A stretch of 64,000 nucleotides of DNA from Parcubacteria group bacterium (lineage in GTDB: Bacteria; Patescibacteriota; Minisyncoccia; Moranbacterales; UBA2206): positions 51,966 to 115,965 of the forward strand of contig JBAZYF010000002.1 of NCBI GenBank assembly GCA_041659505.1, written 5' to 3'. Positions 1-9,027 of the stretch are shown piece after piece. The notes beneath the pieces were generated by a model. That model saw only the letters and a program-made list of their open reading frames with translations, did not search any database and was not told the origin of the DNA. Position 1 is the stretch's first letter; each line of letters starts with the position of its first letter. Position numbers and translations under genes: made by a program.

Positions 1-67
1 TGATTTAGGAATTTTCGCTTGAATGATAGCGACTTTAAGATCTTTTTTCATATAGGTATGTTAATAA

Positions 68-619
68 TTACAAATTTACGCTCAACGGGCAACTCTCAAT
101 CAAGACAAAATTATTTTTCCCTTCACCAAAGTGACTGGCCATAATGTCAACCGACTCGACGCCGACGGCAAAAGAAGCTTTTTCATCTACGCGTGGTTTT
201 GAATCCAGTTCCTCCCATTTTTCTTTCCGGATCTTTCCCAAAGTGATGTGCGGAGAAAAAACTTTTTTGGAAGCGACAAAAATTTCCAATTCCTTTTCGA
301 TGGCTTCGCAAAGATTTTTTAGCTTATCACTGGCCTTTCCAACCACGCGGAACTCTTGAGGTTTTTCAACGCTCGGAGCAAGGACGATTTTTTCAAATTC
401 CAGGTCAAACAGCTCAATATCGCAGACCGCCTCGCATACTTTTTGGCATGCCTGGGCCACCACGTCATTGTCAATATAGCCCAGAAAGAATAATTCAATG
501 TGTAAATTTTCTTCTTTCGTCCATTTTACCGGTAGATTTTGCCATTTTTCACAGCTTTTAATGAGCCGACGCCTGATTCTGTCGGCTAAATTGATACTAA
601 TGAATATCTTTCTTTTCAT
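68..619 (-). CDS. thpR: RNA 2',3'-cyclic phosphodiesterase (2H phosphoesterase, ThpR/LigT family)
   Basis: RKIFISI N-terminus, 'WTKEENLHI' and 'FSPHITLG' 2H motifs; the first motif is HIE instead of HxT. Confidence 0.8.
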   Translation of the reverse strand: MKRKIFISINLADRIRRRLIKSCEKWQNLPVKWTKEENLHIELFFLGYIDNDVVAQACQKVCEAVCDIELFDLEFEKIVLAPSVEKPQEFRVVGKASDKLKNLCEAIEKELEIFVASKKVFSPHITLGKIRKEKWEELDSKPRVDEKASFAVGVESVDIMASHFGEGKNNFVLIESCPLSVNL

Positions 620-739
620 AATGTTTTCGCTAAATTATCCCATTTGCTCCTTCTAGTTTAGCCTTTTTTACGGGATAAATCAAGCCGTTTCCCAACGCTT
701 TATCTTCGAGAAATATCTTGCTAGAATAGAGAAAAGCTT

Positions 740-2767
740 ATGGCAGAAGAAAAGACCCAATTCATCCTCAGCATCACTCCTCTTGTCAGGATTCCCTTGA
801 ATCGTGATCAGTTTTTTTATTACCTGGCGGATGAAAAATTGCCGGCCGGAACACTCGTCAGCATTCCCCTGTTTAAAAAAACTGTTGAAGGTATTGTAAT
901 TGAAAGCAAAAATGATTTTTCCCGCGTCGGCGGAATGACGCTCAAAAAAATTGAAAAAGTTTTGGAGCCAAATTTTCTCACCAAAGAGCAACTGGCTCTC
1001 GCTAGATATATTTCAGAGTATTACGTTATCTCACTAGGAGTGGTTTTGAAAAATTTTGTGCCCAAAAGAGCAAAGTCACGCAATATGAAACCCTCCTTCG
1101 CTTCCCCCTGCGCTAAAGCTACGGCGGGCAAGCAAGAAACAAGTGGGGAGAAAAAAATTACGCTAACTGATGAGCAAGATGAGGCGGTAAAAAAAATTAC
1201 CAAAAAAGGCGCGGATAAATTTTTGCTCTTTGGGCCAGCGGGGTCAGGGAAAACTGAAGTCTATATCCACTCTATTCTGGAACTTAAAAAACAAAATCCA
1301 AAAAATCAATTTTTAATCTTAGTGCCGGAAAAAACCTTGACACCGCAAGCCTTGGAAAGATATGGTGCCTATTTTCCGGAAAATGAAATCGCCCTTCTCA
1401 GTAGCAATTTATCCAAAGGCGCCTTGTTTTCTAATTGGCAGCGCATCAAATCCGGCGAAGCCAAAATTATTATTGGCACCCGGATGGCTGTTTTTGCTCC
1501 ATTTCGAAAACTGGCTCTCATTGTAATTGATGAAGAACAAGACATGTCTTTTAAACAATGGGATATGAATCCGCGCTACGATGCGCGAGCTGTCGCGGAA
1601 AAATTGAGCAATATTTTTTACAGTAAGCTCGTCCGCGGATCAGCCACACCAAGCGTTGAAACATATTTCAAGACTCAAAATAAAAACTATACGCTCCTAA
1701 CTTTGAGCGATTCTTATCATCCCAAAAATTCAATCGCACAAAAAGTCCGCAGTACGATCGAATTGGTCGATATGAAAAAAGAACGTTGGGCGAAAAATTA
1801 TTCTTGCATCAGTAAAAAGTTGCGGAGCGAAATCAGCTACGCTTTGAAAAATAATCTGCAAACAATCCTCTTCATTAATCGCCAAGGGATGAGTAATTTT
1901 TCTGTTTGCAAGAGTTGCAAGACTGTCCTCAAATGCCCTGATTGCGACCGCGCTTTGATCTATGGTTCGCGCGAATACAAATGCCCACATTGCGCCTTTG
2001 TCGCGTCCGCCATTCCGAATTGTTCCAAATGTCATGGCATTGAATTTCGCAATATCGGACTAGGCACGCAAAAAGTAGAGAAAGAAGTCAGAGATTTTTT
2101 TTCCAGTGCCAGAGGTTTGCGCCTCGACTCAGATGGGAGCAAGGAAAAAGATTTCCAAAAAATAGCGTATGAAAAATTTTCCCGCGGAGAGATTGACATT
2201 CTCATCGGCACCCAAATGATCACGAAAGGCTGGGATCTGCCTAAAATGGCGCTGGTTGGCGTCATTGACGCGGACAATATGCTCACGCTACCAGATTTTC
2301 GCGTCGGAGAAAAAGCTTGGCAAGATTTGGTCCAACTATCCGGCCGTGTTTCTAGGCCGGGCGCCAGATTTCCCGGCCGAATCATCATCCAGACCTATCA
2401 TCCAGAAAATAAGATTTTGACGCTGGCCGCGCAAAATAATTATTCCGCGTTCTACGACCAAGAATTGCCTGACCGCGAAATTTTGCACTACCCACCTTTC
2501 GGAAAAATTGCTAAACTAGTCTTTGAGGATTATAATCAAAAAAGGGTTGCAAGCGAGACAGAACGGGTGTATAATCTTTTAGCTTCAGAAAATTGCGCCG
2601 TACAAATCAGTCCGCCGGCGGATGCATATGTATCAAAAATTCGCCGAAGATTTCGCCGTCAGCTAATCCTTAAATTTCCCGAAAAATTACCCCAAGAAAT
2701 TCTCATCATTCTCAACGCACTTCCGACCGGTTGGGTCATTGATATCGACCCAGCTTCAATCATCTAA
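740..2767 (+). CDS. priA: Primosomal protein N' (helicase)
   Basis: GPAGSGKTEVY Walker A, DEEQD, GSATPS, four CxxC zinc knuckles, GTQMITKGWD. Confidence 0.97.
   Translation: MAEEKTQFILSITPLVRIPLNRDQFFYYLADEKLPAGTLVSIPLFKKTVEGIVIESKNDFSRVGGMTLKKIEKVLEPNFLTKEQLALARYISEYYVISLGVVLKNFVPKRAKSRNMKPSFASPCAKATAGKQETSGEKKITLTDEQDEAVKKITKKGADKFLLFGPAGSGKTEVYIHSILELKKQNPKNQFLILVPEKTLTPQALERYGAYFPENEIALLSSNLSKGALFSNWQRIKSGEAKIIIGTRMAVFAPFRKLALIVIDEEQDMSFKQWDMNPRYDARAVAEKLSNIFYSKLVRGSATPSVETYFKTQNKNYTLLTLSDSYHPKNSIAQKVRSTIELVDMKKERWAKNYSCISKKLRSEISYALKNNLQTILFINRQGMSNFSVCKSCKTVLKCPDCDRALIYGSREYKCPHCAFVASAIPNCSKCHGIEFRNIGLGTQKVEKEVRDFFSSARGLRLDSDGSKEKDFQKIAYEKFSRGEIDILIGTQMITKGWDLPKMALVGVIDADNMLTLPDFRVGEKAWQDLVQLSGRVSRPGARFPGRIIIQTYHPENKILTLAAQNNYSAFYDQELPDREILHYPPFGKIAKLVFEDYNQKRVASETERVYNLLASENCAVQISPPADAYVSKIRRRFRRQLILKFPEKLPQEILIILNALPTGWVIDIDPASII
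1091..1132. repeat. In-frame palindromic repeat of the CTTG(T/C)CCGCCGTAG...CGAAGGAGG family inside priA
   Basis: 42 nt encoding PSFASPCAKATAGK; its reverse complement shares both ends with intergenic copies at 24356, 30429 and 31691. Confidence 0.7.
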
Positions 2768-2789
2768 CCTAAAATTTATAGCTAAAAAC

Positions 2790-3230
2790 ATGGCCATTCT
2801 TCCCATCGTAATCTATCCTGATCCGCGCCTCAAAAAAAAGACGCAGGAAATAAAAAACCCCAAAGACCCCCTCATTCAGGAGTTGATTTTCGATATGTTG
2901 GAAACGATGAAGGAAAATAACGGCATGGGTCTGGCCGCCACCCAGGTGGGAAAATCGCTGCGTCTGTGCGTCATCCGTTTTGAAAGAAAGACCCATATCC
3001 TAATCAATCCAAAAATTAAATCCAAATCTTGGGGCAAGGAAATTGCTGAAGAAGGATGTCTGTCTTTTCCTGGACAATTTTTACCCATTAAGCGCTCCAA
3101 AAAAGTCAAAGTAGTTGCCCAGAATAAATCAGGAAAACTTATCACTATCGAAGCAGAGGGACTTCTAGCCAGAGCATTACAGCATGAAATCGACCATCTG
3201 GACGGAATTTTATACATCGAAAGAGTCTAA
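2790..3230 (+). CDS. def: Peptide deformylase
   Basis: GMGLAATQVG, EGCLS and QHEIDHLDG motifs; start placed at MAILPI. Confidence 0.97.
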   Translation: MAILPIVIYPDPRLKKKTQEIKNPKDPLIQELIFDMLETMKENNGMGLAATQVGKSLRLCVIRFERKTHILINPKIKSKSWGKEIAEEGCLSFPGQFLPIKRSKKVKVVAQNKSGKLITIEAEGLLARALQHEIDHLDGILYIERV

Positions 3231-3256
3231 ATAAAAAAATATAAATCATACAAAAT

Positions 3257-4219
3257 ATGCCAAAAAAATCCATCAAGCTCCGGACTGTCTTTATGGGCAC
3301 GTCTTCTTTTGCCGATACGATTCTTACTGCGCTGATTGCAGAAAAATACAATCTCATCAGCGTCTACACCCAAACAGATAAGAAGGTCGGACGCGACCAA
3401 GCGTTGCAAAAGACCGCTGTCAAAATTACAGCTGAAAAAAACAAGATTCCAGTCTTTTCTCCGGCCAGATTTGGAGAGGAAGAAATCAAAGAATTGGCTG
3501 AGCAAAAACCAGACCTGGTCATCGTTGCAGCTTATGGGAAAATTCTGCCCCAAGCTGTCCTAGAACTGCCCGGCTTTGGCGCCATCAATGTGCACGCATC
3601 ACTTCTCCCTCATTATCGAGGACCATCACCGATCCAAAATGCCATTTTGGACAACGAAAAAGAAACTGGTGTCACTATAATGCTTATGGACACTGGCATT
3701 GATACAGGCGCGATTCTCAACCAGGAAAAAACCAAGATTGACCCGGATGAAACTAGTTCAGAACTTTCGGAAAAATTGGCCAAACTTTCAATTCCGTTGC
3801 TTCAAAAAACAATTGTGCTTTGGGTTGAAAGAGAAATCACGCCAAAACCGCAGGATGATAAACTAGCTACCCTCTGCCAACTAATTGAACGTGGTGATGG
3901 AAAAATAATCTGGATGAATGACTCCACAACAATCTATGACCAATATCGCGCATTTTACTCTTGGCCGGGAGTTTTTACTTATTGGCAACGAGGTGACGCC
4001 AATATGCGGTTAAAGATAAACAAACTTGCTCTGGGAAATACCGCTACGCTTGGCGAGCATTCTTTGGGAGAAGTTTTTGAGTCGGACGGTAAGATCGCGG
4101 TCCAATCTGGAGCCGGAGCGATTATTTTGGAGGAAGTACAACTAGAAGGTAAAAATAATTTAAAGATAAGAGATTTTATCAATGGAAATCCAAAATTCAT
4201 TGGAAGCGTTTTAAAATAA
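3257..4219 (+). CDS. fmt: Methionyl-tRNA formyltransferase
   Basis: VFMGTS, VAAYGKIL, NVHASLLPHYRGPSPI; follows def. Confidence 0.97.
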   Translation: MPKKSIKLRTVFMGTSSFADTILTALIAEKYNLISVYTQTDKKVGRDQALQKTAVKITAEKNKIPVFSPARFGEEEIKELAEQKPDLVIVAAYGKILPQAVLELPGFGAINVHASLLPHYRGPSPIQNAILDNEKETGVTIMLMDTGIDTGAILNQEKTKIDPDETSSELSEKLAKLSIPLLQKTIVLWVEREITPKPQDDKLATLCQLIERGDGKIIWMNDSTTIYDQYRAFYSWPGVFTYWQRGDANMRLKINKLALGNTATLGEHSLGEVFESDGKIAVQSGAGAIILEEVQLEGKNNLKIRDFINGNPKFIGSVLK

Positions 4220-4223
4220 ACTC

Positions 4224-5069
4224 ATGTTTAACTCTGATCAAGGGAAAGAAGAAAAAAATATCAAAGCAATTGCTATAGGGCTATTTCTAATTGCGCTAAT
4301 TTCGGCCATTACTATCTTTAAGTCAAATTCAGAAAAAAAAACATCTTTTAAAAACAACCAAGAAGCGGCTGTGGTCAAGCCAACAGAGATTGATCCAGCA
4401 AAGATCGGAAAAATTACATCAACTGAACTAGCAAAAAAAATTCAGACAAATCATGAGGAATTGATCCTTGTTGATTTTCGTGATACGAATAGCTACAAAA
4501 ATGAACACATCGTTGATTCGATCAATATGCCTGTTTCTGACATAGCTTCTTTTCCTCAGGTTGTAGCAAAAAACAAGACCTGCATATTGATCCAAAAGTC
4601 AGAAGAAATGATCCTTATTGGCGACATAGCCGATATCCTTTCGGCATTAGGTTACACTAACCTTTTCTATCTTGATGGTGGTTTTGAATCATGGAAAAAC
4701 AATTTCAATCCAACAATTAGCGATGGCGACCAAAACTCTTTCGCTGATCAAGCTAAAGTGAGATATATCACTAGTGATGATTTGAAAAGAATACTTGCTA
4801 CGGAGAAAAATCTAGTCATTATTGACGCACGAAAAAGCGATGAATTTAGTACTGGCCACATAGCCGCAGCAACCAATATTTTTCTAGATGATATAGAAAA
4901 AAGGAGAAAAGAACTCCCCCTGAATAAAACTATTATTATCTACACCGACACCGCCCTAGGAGCCTTCAAGGGCGCAGCAAGGTTGTTCGACTTGGGCTTT
5001 TCAAATACCTTTGCTCTTTCTGATGGATTAGACACTTGGAAAACTAAAGGCTATGAACTGACAAAATAA
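4224..5069 (+). CDS. Membrane-anchored tandem rhodanese-like domain protein
   Basis: N-terminal TM helix; two 'D.R....Y/F...HI..(S/A).N' rhodanese units ending LDGGFESW and LSDGLDTW. Confidence 0.8.
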   Translation: MFNSDQGKEEKNIKAIAIGLFLIALISAITIFKSNSEKKTSFKNNQEAAVVKPTEIDPAKIGKITSTELAKKIQTNHEELILVDFRDTNSYKNEHIVDSINMPVSDIASFPQVVAKNKTCILIQKSEEMILIGDIADILSALGYTNLFYLDGGFESWKNNFNPTISDGDQNSFADQAKVRYITSDDLKRILATEKNLVIIDARKSDEFSTGHIAAATNIFLDDIEKRRKELPLNKTIIIYTDTALGAFKGAARLFDLGFSNTFALSDGLDTWKTKGYELTK

Positions 5070-5111
5070 TTCCGAATAATTGGAACGGTTCACTTTTTAT
5101 ATCTCTTAGTG

Positions 5112-5411
5112 CTATTCCACTACTGCCAAGATATCTTCTGCCTTAAGAATCAAACAGGCATCTCCACCCACCTTGATTTCTGTTCCGCTATACTTGGCAA
5201 AAATAACTCTTTGCCCTTTTTTAACCGGCATAGCCTCGACTGTGCCTATTGCCAACACCCTCCCTTCCTGGGGTCGCTCCGTATTGGCTATTTCCGGTAA
5301 AAAAATCCCTGACTCGGTCTTTTGATCGGCCTTGAGTAATTTGACCAAAACATTTTCGCCCAATGGTTTGATATTTTCTTTTTGCATATTTTTTTCTTGC
5401 GTCGCTTCCAT
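5112..5411 (-). CDS. groES: Co-chaperonin GroES
   Basis: IKPLGENVLV, TESGIFLP, AKYSGTEIK, EDILAVVE. Confidence 0.93.
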   Translation of the reverse strand: MEATQEKNMQKENIKPLGENVLVKLLKADQKTESGIFLPEIANTERPQEGRVLAIGTVEAMPVKKGQRVIFAKYSGTEIKVGGDACLILKAEDILAVVE

Positions 5412-5483
5412 TCCTCAACTATCTTCAAAACAGAATTTCCGGAATAAACAACGAAACGCATTAGAGTTAAAAAATTAAATTAC

Positions 5484-6206
5484 CTACATTATTTTTTCGC
5501 AATCACATTCCTTATTATCTTCTTTTTTCGACATATAGCTATAAAGAAATATTCCCTGAGAAGCAAAAAGCTTTAAAATTTCCATATTTTTCGGCTTTCC
5601 CTCTTCTTTTTCATCATAACCATCCACTATCAAGTAACTCTTTATATTGTTAATTTTTTGAGGTGAAGAGACAACTAAAAATCCATTATGCTTTTTAACG
5701 TTCACGTCTTCTTTCATTTCTGTAAGCTCCTTGTTTGGTATGGTTGAACTAATACTATCGGAAAGGCCAACTTCCTTTTCAGTCCTATTTGTCTTTAGAT
5801 TAACAAATCGGATCACTGACACATTAGCCTTGAGCAAAAAATTAGTAGCATTAATGATGGATTCATATGCCTCTTTCTCCTTTTTTCTGTTCAAGATAGA
5901 CCGATCAGAAAGACCAAGCGCTACACCCATCATGATGTCCATCTTCCGATTGACCTCCCCGATATAGCTATAAGAGTCAACTAAATCCTTAACTGTCTGA
6001 TCCATTTTTTTTTGCGTCCTTTCTTTCTCTTTTTTTTGCAGTGCAATCCTTCTTTCATTTTGAACAAAAGTTAGAAAAGCAATCGAACCAAGAATAAAAA
6101 TCGCCACTTCTTCCGCCCGTTCCTCAACAAGAAATGAAACATTTCCTCGGATGATATCCGGAATCAAAACAGCAACAGCAAATAAAATAGAAAAAATCCA
6201 ATACAT
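5484..6206 (-). CDS. Hypothetical membrane protein (2 TM, coiled coil, soluble domain)
   Basis: 240-aa ORF co-oriented with neighbours, two N-terminal hydrophobic segments. Confidence 0.7.
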   Translation of the reverse strand: MYWIFSILFAVAVLIPDIIRGNVSFLVEERAEEVAIFILGSIAFLTFVQNERRIALQKKEKERTQKKMDQTVKDLVDSYSYIGEVNRKMDIMMGVALGLSDRSILNRKKEKEAYESIINATNFLLKANVSVIRFVNLKTNRTEKEVGLSDSISSTIPNKELTEMKEDVNVKKHNGFLVVSSPQKINNIKSYLIVDGYDEKEEGKPKNMEILKLFASQGIFLYSYMSKKEDNKECDCEKIM

Positions 6207-6226
6207 AGTGGCTCTATTATGGTTGA

Positions 6227-7186
6227 TTATGCAGATAGCATTTCCAATAAATAATTCCTCAGTATGTTCAGCCGATCCTGATCATGGATCGACACAACAA
6301 GCACCTCCGGGTTAATTTTTTGCATCTCTTTTACTTTTTTGGCAATCTGCTTGGCATCGACCAAGTCAGTTTTGGTGAGCAAAATGATTTCTTTTTTTTG
6401 CAAGAGTTCATCGGAATATTTTCCCAATTCTTCTCTAATGATTTTATAGTCTTTTTTGCAATTCTCCGATTCTAAGCTGATGCAATGGACTAAGATTTTT
6501 GTTCGTTGAATGTGACGCAAAAATTTCATCCCCAATCCCCTGCCCTCCGATGCGCCTTCGATCAGTCCGGGAATATCAGCAATGATAACACCCTCCATTA
6601 CGCCTAAATTTGGCTCGAGCGTTGTGAAATCATAATTTCCCACCTTAGCTTTGGACGCGGTCAATTCGTTGAGCAGAGATGATTTTCCGGCACTTGGCAG
6701 TCCGATCAGTCCAATATCCGCGATAAAGCGCAATTCGACGAATAGATTACGCTCTCCACCTTCCTTGCCCAGCTCCCTTTCTTTTGGTGAAGTATTGGTC
6801 GGCCCACGAAAGAAAAAATTTCCCCGTCCGCCGATCCCGCCACTCGCGACCAGGATGCGCTCACCCACTTTGATAATTTCCAACTCTTCCAAGGTATCTA
6901 AATCATGCAACACGCTACCGATCGGCACAGTCAAGATCAAATCTTTTCCGCGGTGTCCTTCGGAATTATCTTTTTTGCCATTCTGTCCATCTTCGGCGTA
7001 ATATTCTTTTTTGTGCTTGTACTTATTCAACGCCGAAAGATTTGACACGCCTTCAAAATAGACGCTGCCTCCGTTGCCACCTTTCCCGCCGGTCGGCCCA
7101 AGGCTCATCTTGACTTTATTGAAAGCCACAACGCCATCGCCGCCACGCCCGGCATATACTTTTAATTTAACTTCATCAGTAAACAA
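6227..7186 (-). CDS. obg: GTPase Obg/CgtA
   Basis: Gly-rich Obg fold, GLPSAGKS, YDFTTLEPNLG, DIPGLIEGA, TKTD. Confidence 0.96.
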   Translation of the reverse strand: MFTDEVKLKVYAGRGGDGVVAFNKVKMSLGPTGGKGGNGGSVYFEGVSNLSALNKYKHKKEYYAEDGQNGKKDNSEGHRGKDLILTVPIGSVLHDLDTLEELEIIKVGERILVASGGIGGRGNFFFRGPTNTSPKERELGKEGGERNLFVELRFIADIGLIGLPSAGKSSLLNELTASKAKVGNYDFTTLEPNLGVMEGVIIADIPGLIEGASEGRGLGMKFLRHIQRTKILVHCISLESENCKKDYKIIREELGKYSDELLQKKEIILLTKTDLVDAKQIAKKVKEMQKINPEVLVVSIHDQDRLNILRNYLLEMLSA

Positions 7187-7210
7187 AATATTTTAATCCT
7201 AAAAAATTAA

Positions 7211-7453
7211 TCACTTTTTCTTCGGCACCGGATCATATCCACCTGCATTCCAGGGATGACAACGCACGATTCTTTTCAGTCCCAGAAATCCTCCGCGCCA
7301 AATACCAAACCGTTCGATTGCCTCGTAGGTATATTGACTGCAAGTCGGATGAAAACGACAGATCCGTTCGGAGATGACATAAGAAAGCGGTCCCTGGTCG
7401 AGAGAAAGAGTTTTTTGATAAAGCCTTATAAGCACTAAAATAATCCGTTTCAT
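7211..7453 (-). CDS. yidD: Membrane protein insertion efficiency factor YidD
   Basis: [24 protein letters not shown]. Confidence 0.95.
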   Translation of the reverse strand: MKRIILVLIRLYQKTLSLDQGPLSYVISERICRFHPTCSQYTYEAIERFGIWRGGFLGLKRIVRCHPWNAGGYDPVPKKK

Positions 7454-7516
7454 CTATTCTTATTTAACTCCTAAAAAGAGCGCCTGTCAAGCTAATTTGC
7501 CTTTTTTAAGCCAAAA

Positions 7517-8224
7517 TCATACTTTGCCTAAAAAATCAAACTCCACTTCTCTTTCTGGATGAAAAACAACCTCTGTCAAACTTCCTGCTGGCAAATTCCG
7601 CAAAAAACTAAGCTCATTGACCCAATCAAAGCTAACCATATAATCAGTAGTATACATGGTTGTTTTTCGCATATCGACCAAACTTTTTTTGCGCAACCAA
7701 TTTAACGCCTTCGCTACCGGACCAGAGCTGTTAAATTCTTTTTTTCCAAAGCGTACAAAGGGAATCTTGTATTTTTCACCCAATTGGATAACTGTCCTTA
7801 AATAAGGAGGAAAATAATGGATATACTCATGTGAACCGATTCCGTCCGGCACTTGACCAAAAATTTCTTCAAATTTTTCAATCTGGATCGCCCATTGCAA
7901 TCCCACTTTTTCTGGGCTAGTTTTTCCCATCAAATATTTTAATATAAACACGATGGCCCTTCTTATTGGACTTTCTTTGAGTTTTCGATCGCCTCGCCAG
8001 TAGCTTGAATTATAGTCAACCAGATGCAAATGGATATCCAACTTGACTCCCGATTTCTTCAATTCCTCCACCTCATCAGCACTTAAATTTTCACTAATCA
8101 TAACTTCGACACGATCTAATTTTCCCGTCCTCAATGATTTTAAGATATTAACATTTGCTAGCTTACTGATCCCAAAATCATCAGCAGAAAAAATGGCTTT
8201 TTTTCGATTTTTTTCATCTAACAT
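7517..8224 (-). CDS. ChbG/HpnK (YdjC) family deacetylase
   Basis: SADDFG, IHLHL, DGIGSHEYIH, EVVFHP motifs. Confidence 0.8.
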   Translation of the reverse strand: MLDEKNRKKAIFSADDFGISKLANVNILKSLRTGKLDRVEVMISENLSADEVEELKKSGVKLDIHLHLVDYNSSYWRGDRKLKESPIRRAIVFILKYLMGKTSPEKVGLQWAIQIEKFEEIFGQVPDGIGSHEYIHYFPPYLRTVIQLGEKYKIPFVRFGKKEFNSSGPVAKALNWLRKKSLVDMRKTTMYTTDYMVSFDWVNELSFLRNLPAGSLTEVVFHPEREVEFDFLGKV

Positions 8225-8228
8225 AGGC

Positions 8229-9008
8229 TTAAAAAACTTGTTTTTTAATTATCACTTTCTGACCCAAAATTTGAAAAATATTTTTCTGATAATGCTCGAC
8301 GAGATCGGAAAAATAATAAACATCTTGCTGGACCTTTTTTCCCTTACCGGAAAAAATCTTTTTTGTTCCTTGTGCAATCTCTTGAGCTGAGCTGATAATC
8401 TGCACGTCTTTCCCCAAATACCCCTCGATCATTCTTTTAAGCAAGGGATAATGAGTGCAACCGAGCACTAACATATTTAATCGCTTCTTCTTCAAGTCTT
8501 TCAGATATTTTTCCACGACCAGCTTAGTCACTTTTCCGCTCAGCAATCCTTCCTCGACTAAAGGCACAAAAAGCGGGCAAGCCCTGGAATAAACTTTCAT
8601 AACTTTATCCAACGCTTTAATCTTCTTAGCATATACTCCGCTGCCTATCGTGCCTCTCGTACCAATCACACCAATCTTCAATTTTCTTTTTAAAGACCTT
8701 TCTTTTTCAACTCGAGCGACCACAGGATCAATCACGTCATAAAAATTAATCTTGGGGTATTTTTTACGCAAAAAATCAGCGGCAAAGGTTGAGGCGGTAT
8801 TGCAAGCAATCACGATGTCTCTCGCTCCCCTTGAAATCAAAAATTCAGTGATTTCCACCGCATAGCCCCGGATCACATCCGAACTTTTGTCACCCCAAGG
8901 ATAGCGCGCCGAATCGCCAAAATAAACAATAGGACAATTTGGATTGGCCTTTTTGATTTCCTTAGCGACAGTCAGACCGCCAATTCCACTATCGAAAATT
9001 CCGATCAT
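8229..9008 (-). CDS. murI: Glutamate racemase
   Basis: IGIFDSGIGGLTV, VIACNTAS, LGCTHYP. Confidence 0.96.
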   Translation of the reverse strand: MIGIFDSGIGGLTVAKEIKKANPNCPIVYFGDSARYPWGDKSSDVIRGYAVEITEFLISRGARDIVIACNTASTFAADFLRKKYPKINFYDVIDPVVARVEKERSLKRKLKIGVIGTRGTIGSGVYAKKIKALDKVMKVYSRACPLFVPLVEEGLLSGKVTKLVVEKYLKDLKKKRLNMLVLGCTHYPLLKRMIEGYLGKDVQIISSAQEIAQGTKKIFSGKGKKVQQDVYYFSDLVEHYQKNIFQILGQKVIIKKQVF

Positions 9009-9027
9009 AAATTTGGCTTTATTGCGA

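Noticed and set aside
68-619. HIE variant of the first 2H motif as a sign of new function
   Set aside because: A single substitution cannot be distinguished from drift or error
5112-5411. groES without an adjacent groEL
   Set aside because: Split or duplicate groES genes are not rare, and groEL may lie outside the window
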